This document shows positions 18,601-28,353 of a DNA stretch of 43,070 nt, piece by piece; positions within the stretch are counted from its first letter, which is position 1; every line of letters begins with the position of its first letter. Both the position numbers and the translations under genes were made by a program. The notes under the pieces are model-generated. The model had not been told where the DNA came from and made no database searches. It worked only from the letters and a program-made list of their open reading frames with translations. Source of the DNA: Candidatus Rifleibacteriota bacterium (GTDB lineage: Bacteria; Muiribacteriota; Ozemobacteria; Ozemobacterales; Ozemobacteraceae); assembly GCA_051747585.1 (NCBI GenBank), contig JBNJGH010000020.1, positions 1 to 43,070 of the forward strand. The letters are read 5' to 3'.

Positions 18601-20706
18601 TTAACCTTGTAGTGAAATTAATCCTATAGATTCAAGCTTGATTGTTGTAGGGATTTCCTGGTAGGACAATACGGTGAGTCTGGGAGCAATCCTTTCTGTC
18701 AGTCTTTTTAGACTTAGTCTTAGTGCAGAACTGCATAGCAATATTGGAGAATGGCCTTCCTGCATTACTTCTTCAATTTTATCTCTGATTTTCTCAAGCA
18801 ATTTGGTCGCAGAATTTGGATCGATTGCAAGTTGAACCGATCCATCAATTTTTTGTAAAGCATTGGCCAGAGATTGCTCCAATTGAGGGTCCAGCGAAAT
18901 AACCTTTAAAACTCCGTTTTCATCAAGCAGGGATTTACAGATATGTCTCGAAAGACCCTGTCGGGAGATTTCGGTAAGACTGTCGATTTCGGTTATTCCT
19001 TTGCAGTCAGACAAAGATTCGAGAATGTTAACCATGTTTCTGATCGAGACATTTTCTTTAAGAAGATTTTGTAGAATTTTTAGAAGACTGGATTGGCTGA
19101 CAACATCAGGTACAACTTCTTCAAGTATAAGCGGATAGTTTTCTTTGACTGTATCAAGAAGCTGTTGCAGTTCCTGGCGGCCAAGAATTTCATGGGCATT
19201 TTGACGAACTACTTCAGTCAGATGGGTCGCAATAACCGTAGATGGGTCAACAACAGTATACCCTGCCATTTCAGCTCTTTCGCGCAGCGAACTCTGTATC
19301 CAGACTGCAGGAAGACCGAATGCAGGCTCTTCGACCTCGATGCCGTTAAGTTTGCTTGTAGCAGTTCCGGGGTTCATAGCCATGAACTGGTCTGGAATTA
19401 TTTCATATTGAGCAAACTCAACCCCTTTAATTTTAAACACATAGGTAGATGGCTGTAACTGAATATTGTCGCGGATCCTGATTGGGGGAACCACCAGACC
19501 AAGATCCAGTGCTATTTGTCGCCTTATTAAAGTTATTCGGTTAAGTAGATCCCCACCTTGATTAGCATCTACCAGGGGGATAAGATTGTAACCAATTTCG
19601 AGTTCGAGGGGGTCTACGGTAAGTAAAGAAGAAACATCTTCCGGTGCGTTAGCCTCGCTTTCTTCTTCTGCCTGTTTGTCCTCGCGTTCCTGTTGCGTGG
19701 CTTGTTCGAGGTTTTTGTGCATAACATAAGCCAAGGTTGCAAAAACAAAGGATAAGAAGAGAAAGCTGAATTTTGGCAGACCGGGAATAAGCCCGAGAAA
19801 GCCCAGTAAAGCAGCGCCAATGCCAAGTACCTTGGGGTGAGATAACAATTGGGCGCTGATGTCATGACCAAGGCTTGAATCTGAACTTGCGCGGGTAACG
19901 ACAATACCTGTAGCGGTTGCAATCAAAAGAGCAGGTATCTGTGAAACAAGCCCGTCGCCGATCGTAAAGAGTGCATAGGTTTGAAGAGCGTCGTAAGCCG
20001 TTTCGCCTCTTTGAAAAATGCCGATTACCAGACCGCCCAGAAGATTGATGACTGTTATGATTATACCGGCAATCGCATCGTTTTTAACAAATTTACTCGC
20101 ACCATCCATAGCCCCGTAAAAATCGGCTTCTCGTTGTAAAGTTAAACGTCTTTGGGTAGCTTCTTCCTGATCAATTGCTCCGGCATTGAGGTCTGCATCA
20201 ATTGCCATGCCTTTGATAGGCATCGCATCCAGTGTGAACCTGGCGGCAACCTCAGCTACACGCTCTGCACCTTTGGTAATTACTATGAATTGAATCAATA
20301 CCAGTATAATAAAGACAACAAATCCTACAACGTAATTTCCGCCGACAACGAAGTTGCCGAACGCTTTGACGATTTCAATCGAAGCACCGCGCCCTGATAA
20401 AATTATACGGGTGGTCGAAACGTTAAGACTAAGGCGAAAAAGGGTGGCTATAAGCAGCATGCTTGGAAAAGCGGAAAACTGCAGTGCATCCTGGTTGTAT
20501 ATAGAAACTAGTAAAATTGTAAGAGCAAGGGCGACATTAAGGGTTAAAAAAAGGTTTAGTATCATTGCGGGCATGGGAACAACCATCATGATGACAATCG
20601 AAACCACGCCAAAAGCAAAAAGAACGTCTCTGCTTTTTAATAACGAAGCAAAGGGCACGACGTTCAAAGAACCAGCCTTTGTTTCTGCCAAAGTCGCCTC
20701 CGCCAA
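18601..20706 (-). CDS. flhA: Flagellar export gate protein FlhA
   Basis: LFRLSLNVSTTR, AEVAARFTLDAMP, FYGAMDGASKFV. Confidence 0.98.
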   Translation of the reverse strand: MAEATLAETKAGSLNVVPFASLLKSRDVLFAFGVVSIVIMMVVPMPAMILNLFLTLNVALALTILLVSIYNQDALQFSAFPSMLLIATLFRLSLNVSTTRIILSGRGASIEIVKAFGNFVVGGNYVVGFVVFIILVLIQFIVITKGAERVAEVAARFTLDAMPIKGMAIDADLNAGAIDQEEATQRRLTLQREADFYGAMDGASKFVKNDAIAGIIITVINLLGGLVIGIFQRGETAYDALQTYALFTIGDGLVSQIPALLIATATGIVVTRASSDSSLGHDISAQLLSHPKVLGIGAALLGFLGLIPGLPKFSFLFLSFVFATLAYVMHKNLEQATQQEREDKQAEEESEANAPEDVSSLLTVDPLELEIGYNLIPLVDANQGGDLLNRITLIRRQIALDLGLVVPPIRIRDNIQLQPSTYVFKIKGVEFAQYEIIPDQFMAMNPGTATSKLNGIEVEEPAFGLPAVWIQSSLRERAEMAGYTVVDPSTVIATHLTEVVRQNAHEILGRQELQQLLDTVKENYPLILEEVVPDVVSQSSLLKILQNLLKENVSIRNMVNILESLSDCKGITEIDSLTEISRQGLSRHICKSLLDENGVLKVISLDPQLEQSLANALQKIDGSVQLAIDPNSATKLLEKIRDKIEEVMQEGHSPILLCSSALRLSLKRLTERIAPRLTVLSYQEIPTTIKLESIGLISLQG

Positions 20707-20745
20707 AAAATGTCAAAATTTTAATGTAGAATACACTGTCTAGAG

Positions 20746-21894
20746 TTAGGCCGCTCCGCTTTTCATGCGATAAACACGGGTAAGAATCTCAACCACGGCA
20801 CCATATAAATCAGAGGGTATTTCCTCTCCTATTTCTACCATTTTATACAAAGCTCTGGCAAGAGGTTTATTTTCGATAACCGGAACATCGTTTTCATTTG
20901 CAACTTCTTTGATTCTTCGGGCTATGAGTCCTGCACCCATTGCTACAACAATCGGTGCATTGCTTTCTTCTCGATTATACTTTAGTGCACAGGCAATATG
21001 AGTTGGATTAGTTACAACTACGGTGGCGTCGGGCACTTCATCCATCATTCGGCTGGTAGAAGCCTGCCGCTGTTTTTCTCTGATTTTTTGTTTGATTTTA
21101 GGATCACCTTCACGTTGTTTATATTCTTCTTTAATTTCTTCTTTAGACATTTTCAAGTTTTCTTCATGGCGCCACTTCTGAAAAAACCAGTCACCTATTG
21201 CCAATACCAGTAAAATCATAACAATTTTCATAGCCATATAAAAAATTAGTTTTAATAAAATAATGATAGAAGGCACTGGTTCCATTTGAACAAACTTAAT
21301 TATTAATGGAATTTGTTCTTTGATAGTAGAGTAAGGGATGTAGGCAATTATCAGAATTTTGAGTATAGATTTTACCAGCTCTCCAACAAGCTTCCAGCTG
21401 AACATGTTTTGAATGCCCGAAATCGGGTTTAAGCGATCGAATTTGGGGGTAAGAGGATCGAATCTGAAGAGGAAGCCGGTTTGAATCATGTTTGAGGCTA
21501 CTGCGCTTAACATTATTGCCATCATAAAGGGTGAGAGTGTTTTTAAAAGAATATAAATAAGCTGGTTGAGTAAAAGAATTGTTTCGGGCAGATCTAACCT
21601 GGTATGAATCGAAATTGTCATGGTATGACGCATATATGCGCCGCAGGTTTCGTACAGTTGGGGGCCGTAATACCTTAACATTAGAAAACCTGCTAAGAGG
21701 ATAACTACAGAGCCGAGGTCTTGAGATTTGGCTATGTTTCCCTGTTGCGTGGCTTCTCTTCTCTTTTTTTCGGTGGCAGGTTCGGTTTTCTCACCGGCAA
21801 AAAGCTGCAGGTCAAATGGTCGGGCATCGAAGTCTATATTACCTGCTGCCCAGGATTGCTCAATGTATTTTTGAGGCATGATAAAATTTTGCAT
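20746..21894 (-). CDS. flhB: Flagellar export switch protein FlhB
   Basis: EKTEPAT, EGDPKIK, NPTH autocleavage motif. Confidence 0.98.
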   Translation of the reverse strand: MQNFIMPQKYIEQSWAAGNIDFDARPFDLQLFAGEKTEPATEKKRREATQQGNIAKSQDLGSVVILLAGFLMLRYYGPQLYETCGAYMRHTMTISIHTRLDLPETILLLNQLIYILLKTLSPFMMAIMLSAVASNMIQTGFLFRFDPLTPKFDRLNPISGIQNMFSWKLVGELVKSILKILIIAYIPYSTIKEQIPLIIKFVQMEPVPSIIILLKLIFYMAMKIVMILLVLAIGDWFFQKWRHEENLKMSKEEIKEEYKQREGDPKIKQKIREKQRQASTSRMMDEVPDATVVVTNPTHIACALKYNREESNAPIVVAMGAGLIARRIKEVANENDVPVIENKPLARALYKMVEIGEEIPSDLYGAVVEILTRVYRMKSGAA

Positions 21895-21896
21895 AG

Positions 21897-22673
21897 TTAC
21901 TTCATATGGTTGATCAATGTATTGACTTCGCCAACACTGATATTTATCAGGCTTCTTATTAGCTCAGAAATGTATGGCATTAAAATAACAAGCATAATTA
22001 GTCCACCGAGAATTTTTAAAGAAAAGCCCACTTGGAAAATATTCATTTTTGGCACGGTTCGAGCGATAATTCCCAGGCTAACATCGCCTACAAGTATTAC
22101 TCCAATGACGGGCGTTGCAATCTGAAATCCGGTAGTAAAAATTATGCGACTGTATAAAACAATTTCCTCGACTACTCCTGAAGTCACCTGAAGTTGGTTT
22201 AATGGAATAATTTCGAAGCTCTGAAAGAAGGCTTGAAGCAAAAGCAGATGGCCGCCGATTACCAGAAAAAACAAAGACCCCATCATCTGGAAAAACTCTG
22301 CAACAATTCCAAGGCTTCTGCTGGAAGCAGGATCAGCAACCTGAACAAACGAAAAGCCTATCTGCATGCCGATTACCTGGCCGGCAAATCTGAGCGTGTC
22401 CATTATGACAACAACGGCAAAGCCGATGCAAAAACCTAATACTAATTCTCTAAGTCCCATTAAAGCGTATCCCGGAATGCTTAAAGAAGGGAGGGTTTGG
22501 GTTGTTGCAATATGTGGAGTTGCGATAAGAGCGCACATAGCCGATAGGCCGGCTTTTACCTGCTTCGGAATTGTTGATTCGCCGAAAACAGGCATTATAA
22601 TAAAAAAGCCGCTGAACCTGACCAGGGCGACAAGAAATATTCCAACTGTATTGAGAAAAAGCTCTTCGGTCAT
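21897..22673 (-). CDS. fliR: Flagellar export protein FliR
   Basis: Multi-TM protein with AGQVIGMQIG and ARTVPKMNIFQVG. Synteny. Confidence 0.96.
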   Translation of the reverse strand: MTEELFLNTVGIFLVALVRFSGFFIIMPVFGESTIPKQVKAGLSAMCALIATPHIATTQTLPSLSIPGYALMGLRELVLGFCIGFAVVVIMDTLRFAGQVIGMQIGFSFVQVADPASSRSLGIVAEFFQMMGSLFFLVIGGHLLLLQAFFQSFEIIPLNQLQVTSGVVEEIVLYSRIIFTTGFQIATPVIGVILVGDVSLGIIARTVPKMNIFQVGFSLKILGGLIMLVILMPYISELIRSLINISVGEVNTLINHMK

Positions 22674-22679
22674 CGTTTA

Positions 22680-22949
22680 TTAGCGGGCAAACATTTGCAG
22701 TTGTCCAAGTAGCTTGGTTGCAAACTGCATGAGTTTGGTCAACATCCATGGGGCCAGGGCAATAAGTGCCAGGGCGGTTATCAGTAATTTGGGAATAAAG
22801 GTTAAGCTTTGTTCCTGAATAGAGGTGGCCGTTTGAAATACGCTTACCGTGATACCTATCAGCATGCCCAAAATTAATATTGGCGCTGAAAGGGTAAAAG
22901 CCAAGAATATTGTTTCTTTGAATAGTTCGTAAAGTGTATATTCAGTCAC
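22680..22949 (-). CDS. fliQ: Flagellar export protein FliQ
   Basis: FQTATSIQEQSLTFIPK. GTGA overlap with the fliP stop. Confidence 0.96.
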   Translation of the reverse strand: MTEYTLYELFKETIFLAFTLSAPILILGMLIGITVSVFQTATSIQEQSLTFIPKLLITALALIALAPWMLTKLMQFATKLLGQLQMFAR

Positions 22950-23806
22950 GCGTTTCCTCCAAAGCTTACTACTAGAGACTTAACAACAAGATTCCACCCA
23001 TCTACAAGAACGAAAAGAAGTATTTTGAATGGCAATGAAATCATAACTGGCGGAAGCATTATCATTCCCATTGACATTAAGAGGCTGGCTACAACCATAT
23101 CTATTACCAGGAATGGCAGGTATATAATTACACCCATCTGGAAGGCGGTGCGAAGTTCGCTGGTAATAAAGGCGGGAATCAGCGCAACCGTACTGAAGTC
23201 ATCTTTTGTTTCGGGTTTTACTCCGCCTTCCATGCCGGCAAAAAGCGCAAGGTCATTTTTTCTTGCATGCTGGAACATGAAGTCTCTGACTGGATTTATG
23301 GCATTGTTATAAGCCTGAACATAATTTATATCGCGATCAATGTATGGCTTGAGGCTGTTCTGGTAAATCTGGTCGACTACCGGAGACATGGTAAAAAAAG
23401 TAATAAATAGTGCCAGGCCTATAATTATTTGATTACTTGGCTCCTGCTGGGTTCCAAGGGCACGGCGCACAAAACTCAGCACTATAAGTATCCTGGTAAA
23501 ACTGGTAAGCATTATTAAAATGGAAGGTGCCAGGCTTAAGATTGTGAGCAGAATCAAAATTTGCAATCCGGTTCCGAGTTGGCTTCTTTCTTTTGAAGGA
23601 TCTACCTGAATACTGATGGAGGGGATCGGAAATGGAGTGTTTTCGGTTTGCATTCGATCTACATCTGTGCTGTCTTCGATATTGACACGAGCTTGGCCGT
23701 TTTGTTGCGCTCGTGCGGGATTTAGCTTTATGAGCGAAAAAAACAAGCATAAAGCTGTAATAACAAAGATAACAAAGTGTTTTTTTAACCTTAATAAATG
23801 GTGCAT
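22946..23806 (-). CDS. fliP: Flagellar export protein FliP
   Basis: MLTSFTRI, PAFITSELRTAF, MGMIMLPP, LFVLVDGW. Confidence 0.97.
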   Translation of the reverse strand: MHHLLRLKKHFVIFVITALCLFFSLIKLNPARAQQNGQARVNIEDSTDVDRMQTENTPFPIPSISIQVDPSKERSQLGTGLQILILLTILSLAPSILIMLTSFTRILIVLSFVRRALGTQQEPSNQIIIGLALFITFFTMSPVVDQIYQNSLKPYIDRDINYVQAYNNAINPVRDFMFQHARKNDLALFAGMEGGVKPETKDDFSTVALIPAFITSELRTAFQMGVIIYLPFLVIDMVVASLLMSMGMIMLPPVMISLPFKILLFVLVDGWNLVVKSLVVSFGGNA

Positions 23807-23845
23807 TTTGTATAAAATAAAATATAGGGCACGAACTTATTAAAA

Positions 23846-23874
23846 GTTATACAACGAACAGAAGTCTAACGCAA
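23846..23874 (-). promoter_or_regulatory. Possible internal sigma-70-type promoter upstream of fliP
   Basis: Minus strand TTGCGT-N17-TATAAC in the fliO-fliP gap. Confidence 0.35.
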
Positions 23875-23897
23875 GACCCCAAAAGAATAGAAAAAAA

Positions 23898-24551
23898 TTA
23901 TTCGTCAGATGGGGGAGTGTCGCTGGTGCGTTTTATTAGAAGGTCGTTGAGTTTTTTCAGTCTTTCCTGGTTTTTTTCTCTGTTTTTCTTTAGATCCTGG
24001 CTTGTATATTCTGAAATATCATTGTCCTGATTTTGATTTTTCTTTGACTTTTTCAGGAAACCAAAAAACTTTTCCATTCCGGGGATTCCGGGAGTTTCTC
24101 CCTCCAGCCGCAAGGAGTCAATAGTGTCTTTGTCGGTTATTTCGCAAAGGAGATTAATATTGCTGTCGGTTACTCCAAGGACAAGCACTCGTCCAAGAAC
24201 GTCTACAAAATAAATTATGCGCCGGTTATCGAGTGGAAGAATACCTATTACTCTGCCTAAAACATTGTTGCTAAAGCCGCCTTTTCTTTGAATAAACCAG
24301 GAGATTGCCAGGGCAATAATGATAACGGCAAAGAGTGCAGAAAGGACTCGCAGAGAGGTGCCAAAGGGGTCTGAATGTGGAAGGAATGGCATTGAAGCCA
24401 CTGGTTGCTCTGGTAAAAACGGCTCAGAAGCAGAAGAAAACCCCTTGCTTAAAGTAGCAACGGGTGTGATACTGGCAACCGACTGCGCTTGCGCCATGCA
24501 ATCGCTGATCGGCATAAACAAAAATAAAAAAAATGTAAAAAAAATTTTCAC
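23898..24551 (-). CDS. fliO: Flagellar biosynthesis protein FliO/FliZ
   Basis: TM helix then VIGILPLDNRR...VLVLGVTDSNINLL. Position before fliP. Confidence 0.85.
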   Translation of the reverse strand: MKIFFTFFLFLFMPISDCMAQAQSVASITPVATLSKGFSSASEPFLPEQPVASMPFLPHSDPFGTSLRVLSALFAVIIIALAISWFIQRKGGFSNNVLGRVIGILPLDNRRIIYFVDVLGRVLVLGVTDSNINLLCEITDKDTIDSLRLEGETPGIPGMEKFFGFLKKSKKNQNQDNDISEYTSQDLKKNREKNQERLKKLNDLLIKRTSDTPPSDE

Positions 24552-24589
24552 GTAAAGCCAGATTGATACTATATTGTTGTTTTTGTTGA

Positions 24590-24952
24590 TCAGCGTAGCG
24601 CTTTTTGAACTGCTTCAAGGACACGATTGGGCTGGAAGGGTTTGACAATAAAGTCTCTGGCTCCCGCCTGAATTGCATCAATAACCATGGCTTGTTGGCC
24701 CATGGCGCTACACATGATAATTCTGGCAGAAGGATCAATTTTCTTTATTGCACGAACCGCATCAATTCCATTCATTTCCGGCATTGTAATATCCATTGTG
24801 GTCAAGTCGGGTTTCAGTTTCTGATATAACTCAACCGCTTCTTTGCCGGTCTGGGCTTCGCCCAGAACTTCATAACCATTCTTGGTCAGAATGTCCTTGA
24901 TCATCATGCGCATAAATGCTGCATCGTCTACTATAAGAATTGTTTTACCCAT
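24590..24952 (-). CDS. cheY: Chemotaxis response regulator CheY
   Basis: ILIVDDAAFMR, MDITMP, CSAMGQ, FIVKPF. Firmicutes/Thermotoga-type CheY. Confidence 0.96.
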   Translation of the reverse strand: MGKTILIVDDAAFMRMMIKDILTKNGYEVLGEAQTGKEAVELYQKLKPDLTTMDITMPEMNGIDAVRAIKKIDPSARIIMCSAMGQQAMVIDAIQAGARDFIVKPFQPNRVLEAVQKALR

Positions 24953-24970
24953 ACGAACCGGTAATTCTCC

Positions 24971-26407
24971 TTAGAGGGCCTGGAGTCTGTCTTGTGGATT
25001 GATTATACTGGTTATTCTCACTGCAAAGTTTTCATCGATAACAACTACTTCTCCTTTGGCGATTAGCTTATTATTAACAAAAACTTCAACAGCTTCACCT
25101 GCAAGTTTATTTAACTCTACTACAGAACCAATACCCAATTCAAGAACATCTTTTATTAACATACGAGTTCTGCCTAATTCAACTGTTATTTGTAGTGGAA
25201 CATCTAAAAGTAGATCGATGTTTGACTGTAATCCAACACCCATAGGCATTTGCAGCATTCCAAATTCTGCAGGATTACCCTGAAATTGATTTGGCATTCC
25301 ACCCATTCCCGGCATTTGTCCGGGCATCTGACCTGGCATTTGTCCGCCCATTCCCGGCATCTGCCCGGGCATCTGCCCGGGCATTTGTCCCGGCATCTGC
25401 CCAGGCATCTGACCTGGCATTTGTCCGGGCATGCCCTGTCCTGGCTGCTGCTGCTGTTGCTGCTGCCCGCCGGGTTGCTGTTGATTTGGTGCTTGATTTT
25501 GCTGGCCTTGATTGCCCATTGGTATTCCTCCGGGGGGGGGTGCTGGTTTCGCTTTCTTAGGTGGTTCCTTGTCGGGTCTGGTAAGTTCAGAAGCCATCAA
25601 TTTAGCAAAATCGGCCGGTAGAAGCTGAACCATTTCTGTTTCTGCAACTTCGCCAATTTTTAAGTTGTAGCCAATTCTAAGAAAATTTGCTGTTTCACTG
25701 AAATCTGGAAGATCGGGTGGGCCTTCGGAATAATTTACGAGGAACACATCCGGGGGGGAAATGTCAACTCTTTTTTTGAAAATTTCTGAAAGTGATGTGG
25801 TTGTTTTTCCCATCATCTGGTTCATCATTTCACCAACCGCTGAAGTGTGCATTTCCTGAAATTCTGCGCCAACGCCTTCGCCGCCCATCATCAGGTCGCC
25901 GATAACTGCAGAAATCGATTTTTTTAGAACCAGATATGAATTGCCGTCGAAACCCTCTATGTATGAAATTTTGGCAAGAACAAATTCTTCTGCTCCGCCT
26001 TCATCTTTAAGATCCTGGAAGGTTACAACTCTTATCTGTTCCAGGTTGATTTCAATTTCTTTGTTGAGTAAAACCTGAACAACAGAAGAGGTTGCACCCA
26101 ACGATAACTTAGCTACTTCTGATAATTGTTCGATTGCTTCATCTGATATTTTTACTTTTGGAACATTGGCTGAATCAGATGAACCTGAGGAGTCGGAACC
26201 TTCTCCTGATGAACTTCCTCCGGCTGCTGGTGCAGGTGTTGCCTCGGGGGAGGGTTCTTCAGATGGAGCCTCTGCTACAGGCTCCTGTGGCGTTTCTGCA
26301 GGTGGAGCAGCTTGCTGGGCAGAGTCGTCTCCTGACTCTTCTTCTGAATCAGAGCCTCCGGCATTCAGCAAAGCATCAATTTCTTCTTGTGATAATAGAT
26401 CGTTCAC
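24971..26407 (-). CDS. fliY: Flagellar switch phosphatase FliY (CheC-like domain + FliN domain)
   Basis: LLSQEEIDALL, SAVGEMMNQMMG...ISPP, C-terminal SpoA/FliN domain (LLLDVPLQITVELG, GEVVVIDENF). Confidence 0.92.
   Translation of the reverse strand: MNDLLSQEEIDALLNAGGSDSEEESGDDSAQQAAPPAETPQEPVAEAPSEEPSPEATPAPAAGGSSSGEGSDSSGSSDSANVPKVKISDEAIEQLSEVAKLSLGATSSVVQVLLNKEIEINLEQIRVVTFQDLKDEGGAEEFVLAKISYIEGFDGNSYLVLKKSISAVIGDLMMGGEGVGAEFQEMHTSAVGEMMNQMMGKTTTSLSEIFKKRVDISPPDVFLVNYSEGPPDLPDFSETANFLRIGYNLKIGEVAETEMVQLLPADFAKLMASELTRPDKEPPKKAKPAPPPGGIPMGNQGQQNQAPNQQQPGGQQQQQQQPGQGMPGQMPGQMPGQMPGQMPGQMPGQMPGMGGQMPGQMPGQMPGMGGMPNQFQGNPAEFGMLQMPMGVGLQSNIDLLLDVPLQITVELGRTRMLIKDVLELGIGSVVELNKLAGEAVEVFVNNKLIAKGEVVVIDENFAVRITSIINPQDRLQAL
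25302..25465 (-). repeat. 12-bp coding tandem repeat (PGQM)n plus poly-Gln in the FliY linker
   Basis: Units such as ggcatttgtccg, ggcatctgacct, ggcatctgcccg with synonymous variation. Confidence 0.9.
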
Positions 26408-27525
26408 TCTAATTCTTCCTCCTCATCGGGGGGCTCAAGCTGGTCAGTTATAGAAATAGCCATTTTTTTGCCAATAATTCCAGGGCGGCCACGATATTTG
26501 ACCAGATTTCCTACTTTAATATTTAGATCGTCTTTTACCAGTTGATCTGTTACAAGAATATCTCCCGGGCCAAGACCAAGTATGTCCTGTAGTGCTACGG
26601 TAGCGCTTCCCAGCTCTGCAATTACCGGCAGATGAACTTCTTTTACCTGATGGCTGATTGCATCTACATTGGTCTGCATCGGCTCTTTTCTGACTGCTGC
26701 AAACCATGAAGCTGCGTTAAATTTATGAACAATGGGTTCAACCGTATTATATGGTATGCATAGGGTCATAATCCCGGTGACATCGTGAATTTTGATTTCG
26801 ATTGTAATCGAAAGGACAATTTCGGTTGGAGGAACAATCTGGGCAAATTGAGGGTTTGATTCAACCAGTTCCATGGCAGGGGCTAAATCTATGATGTTAA
26901 TCCAGGCTTCTCTGAGGCGGTCTATTATGCCGACCATAATTTTGGTCATAATCTGCTTTTCGACCTCAGTGAGCTGTCTTAATATACCCAGAGGTGTTCC
27001 GTTGCCGCCCAGAAGACGGTCGAGAATAGTAAAAACAATATTTAGATTGATATCTATCAGGGCTTTTCCGTCAAGATTGTCAGAGCGGAAAATTGTAATG
27101 AAGGTCGGATTGTAAATGGAATGAATCAGTTCTTCAAAGGTTCGTTGTTCAACCGAAATAATAGTTGCCTGAGCAAAGGCACGTAGCTTGGTTGAAAGAT
27201 CTGTTCCGACCAGCCTTGCAAAAGTTTCGTGTATGAGTTGAATGGTGTTGAGCTGTTCTTTTGAAAACTTGGTTTGCCTTTTGAAGTCGTAGTTAACAAC
27301 TTTTTTCCTGGGCTTATCTGAGTCTTCATCATCGGTATCAAAGAAAGAAGATCCGCCTTTTGCTCTTCCTGAGTCAGCTTTTGGCGCTTTCTCGGGCTCG
27401 GCAAAAGCAGCTGAGCTTTGACCACCGCCACCGGGTGGTGGAGGTGGGGCTTCTTCCTCTTCATCGCCGGTGCTCAAGGCAGATAGTAGAGCGTCTATTT
27501 CACTTTGCGACAGTGTGTCAACCAT
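26404..27525 (-). CDS. fliM: Flagellar motor switch protein FliM
   Basis: LSQSEIDALL, YDFKRQTKFSKEQ, ESNPQFAQIV. Confidence 0.97.
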   Translation of the reverse strand: MVDTLSQSEIDALLSALSTGDEEEEAPPPPPGGGGQSSAAFAEPEKAPKADSGRAKGGSSFFDTDDEDSDKPRKKVVNYDFKRQTKFSKEQLNTIQLIHETFARLVGTDLSTKLRAFAQATIISVEQRTFEELIHSIYNPTFITIFRSDNLDGKALIDINLNIVFTILDRLLGGNGTPLGILRQLTEVEKQIMTKIMVGIIDRLREAWINIIDLAPAMELVESNPQFAQIVPPTEIVLSITIEIKIHDVTGIMTLCIPYNTVEPIVHKFNAASWFAAVRKEPMQTNVDAISHQVKEVHLPVIAELGSATVALQDILGLGPGDILVTDQLVKDDLNIKVGNLVKYRGRPGIIGKKMAISITDQLEPPDEEEELE

Positions 27526-27555
27526 TCAATAACTCCGAAAATTGTTCGAGCTGTG

Positions 27556-28023
27556 TTAATTGATCAGAAAGGTCGGAATAAAGACTTTGATTATCCTGCT
27601 TTCCGATGTAGTTTTGCCAAGAATACGGTTAAGTTCGGTTTCAATGTCCTTATGAAGGAAATGATCGATATAATCTTCTTTGGCTCTTTGTATGTTCAGC
27701 TTCATTAAAATTGTAGTTATAGCATCTCTTAATTCAGCTTTACGTTCTTCGAGCTCTTCTTCAAGATTTCCAATATAACCGATTTCAACTCTAATTTTTA
27801 TGTAGTGCAACTCTTCGTCACGTGAAGTCGCAATAAATTCGCCCAGATCAAAGCGACCCATTTTCGGCGAAGTCGAAATCTCGCCTTGTTCCGGCGGCTC
27901 GGAAGGGGCGCCGCCAGGGCCGGTAATGGCTTTCCTGGTGGTAACATAAGCTATGCCGACTACCGCCAGGGCAATAACCAGCACAACAAGTATAACAACT
28001 ATCCACTTGGTCTTAGATGACAT
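27556..28023 (-). CDS. fliL: Flagellar basal body-associated protein FliL
   Basis: N-terminal TM, HYIKIRV, ELRDAI, C-terminal FLIN. Position before fliM. Confidence 0.88.
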   Translation of the reverse strand: MSSKTKWIVVILVVLVIALAVVGIAYVTTRKAITGPGGAPSEPPEQGEISTSPKMGRFDLGEFIATSRDEELHYIKIRVEIGYIGNLEEELEERKAELRDAITTILMKLNIQRAKEDYIDHFLHKDIETELNRILGKTTSESRIIKVFIPTFLIN

Positions 28024-28096
28024 ATTTTAAAAACCTACCATGAGCAAATTAGCTAAGTCAATGCACAAACAAGCAAATGTCAGATATTATTAACAC

Positions 28097-28324
28097 TTAT
28101 TTGCTGCTTTGACCATTTAACTTTTTGTAAGAAGTTGGCGGAGCCTGCGAAATAGTGCGCCTGAATTTAATAATTCGTTTAAGCACCGTTTTAACAGGCT
28201 CCGCAACCATAACTGTCTTACCGCTAATAAGAGTTATTACTGTATCCGGTGTAGCTTCTATTTGTTCAATCAGATCGGCATTGAGAATGAATTTTTTTCC
28301 GTTGATTCGTGATAACCTGATCAT
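28097..28324 (-). CDS. flbD: Flagellar FlbD/SwrD family protein
   Basis: MIRLSRING..FILNADLIEQIEATPDTVITL signature. Follows flgE. Confidence 0.92.
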   Translation of the reverse strand: MIRLSRINGKKFILNADLIEQIEATPDTVITLISGKTVMVAEPVKTVLKRIIKFRRTISQAPPTSYKKLNGQSSK

Positions 28325-28353
28325 AGCTTAGTTTACCGGTAAATTCCAGTTAA

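Noticed and set aside
25302..25444. Tandem repeat as a possible CRISPR array
   Set aside because: 12-bp in-frame coding units with no unique spacers and no cas genes.
11249..27708. Numerous 60-190 aa plus-strand and alternate-frame ORFs overlapping the fla/che genes
   Set aside because: Shadow ORFs of well-supported genes, with no RBS or domain signatures.
28024..28096. Missing motA/motB between flbD and fliL as a deletion scar
   Set aside because: The gap is only 73 bp with no remnant. Separately encoded stators are normal, as in B. subtilis.
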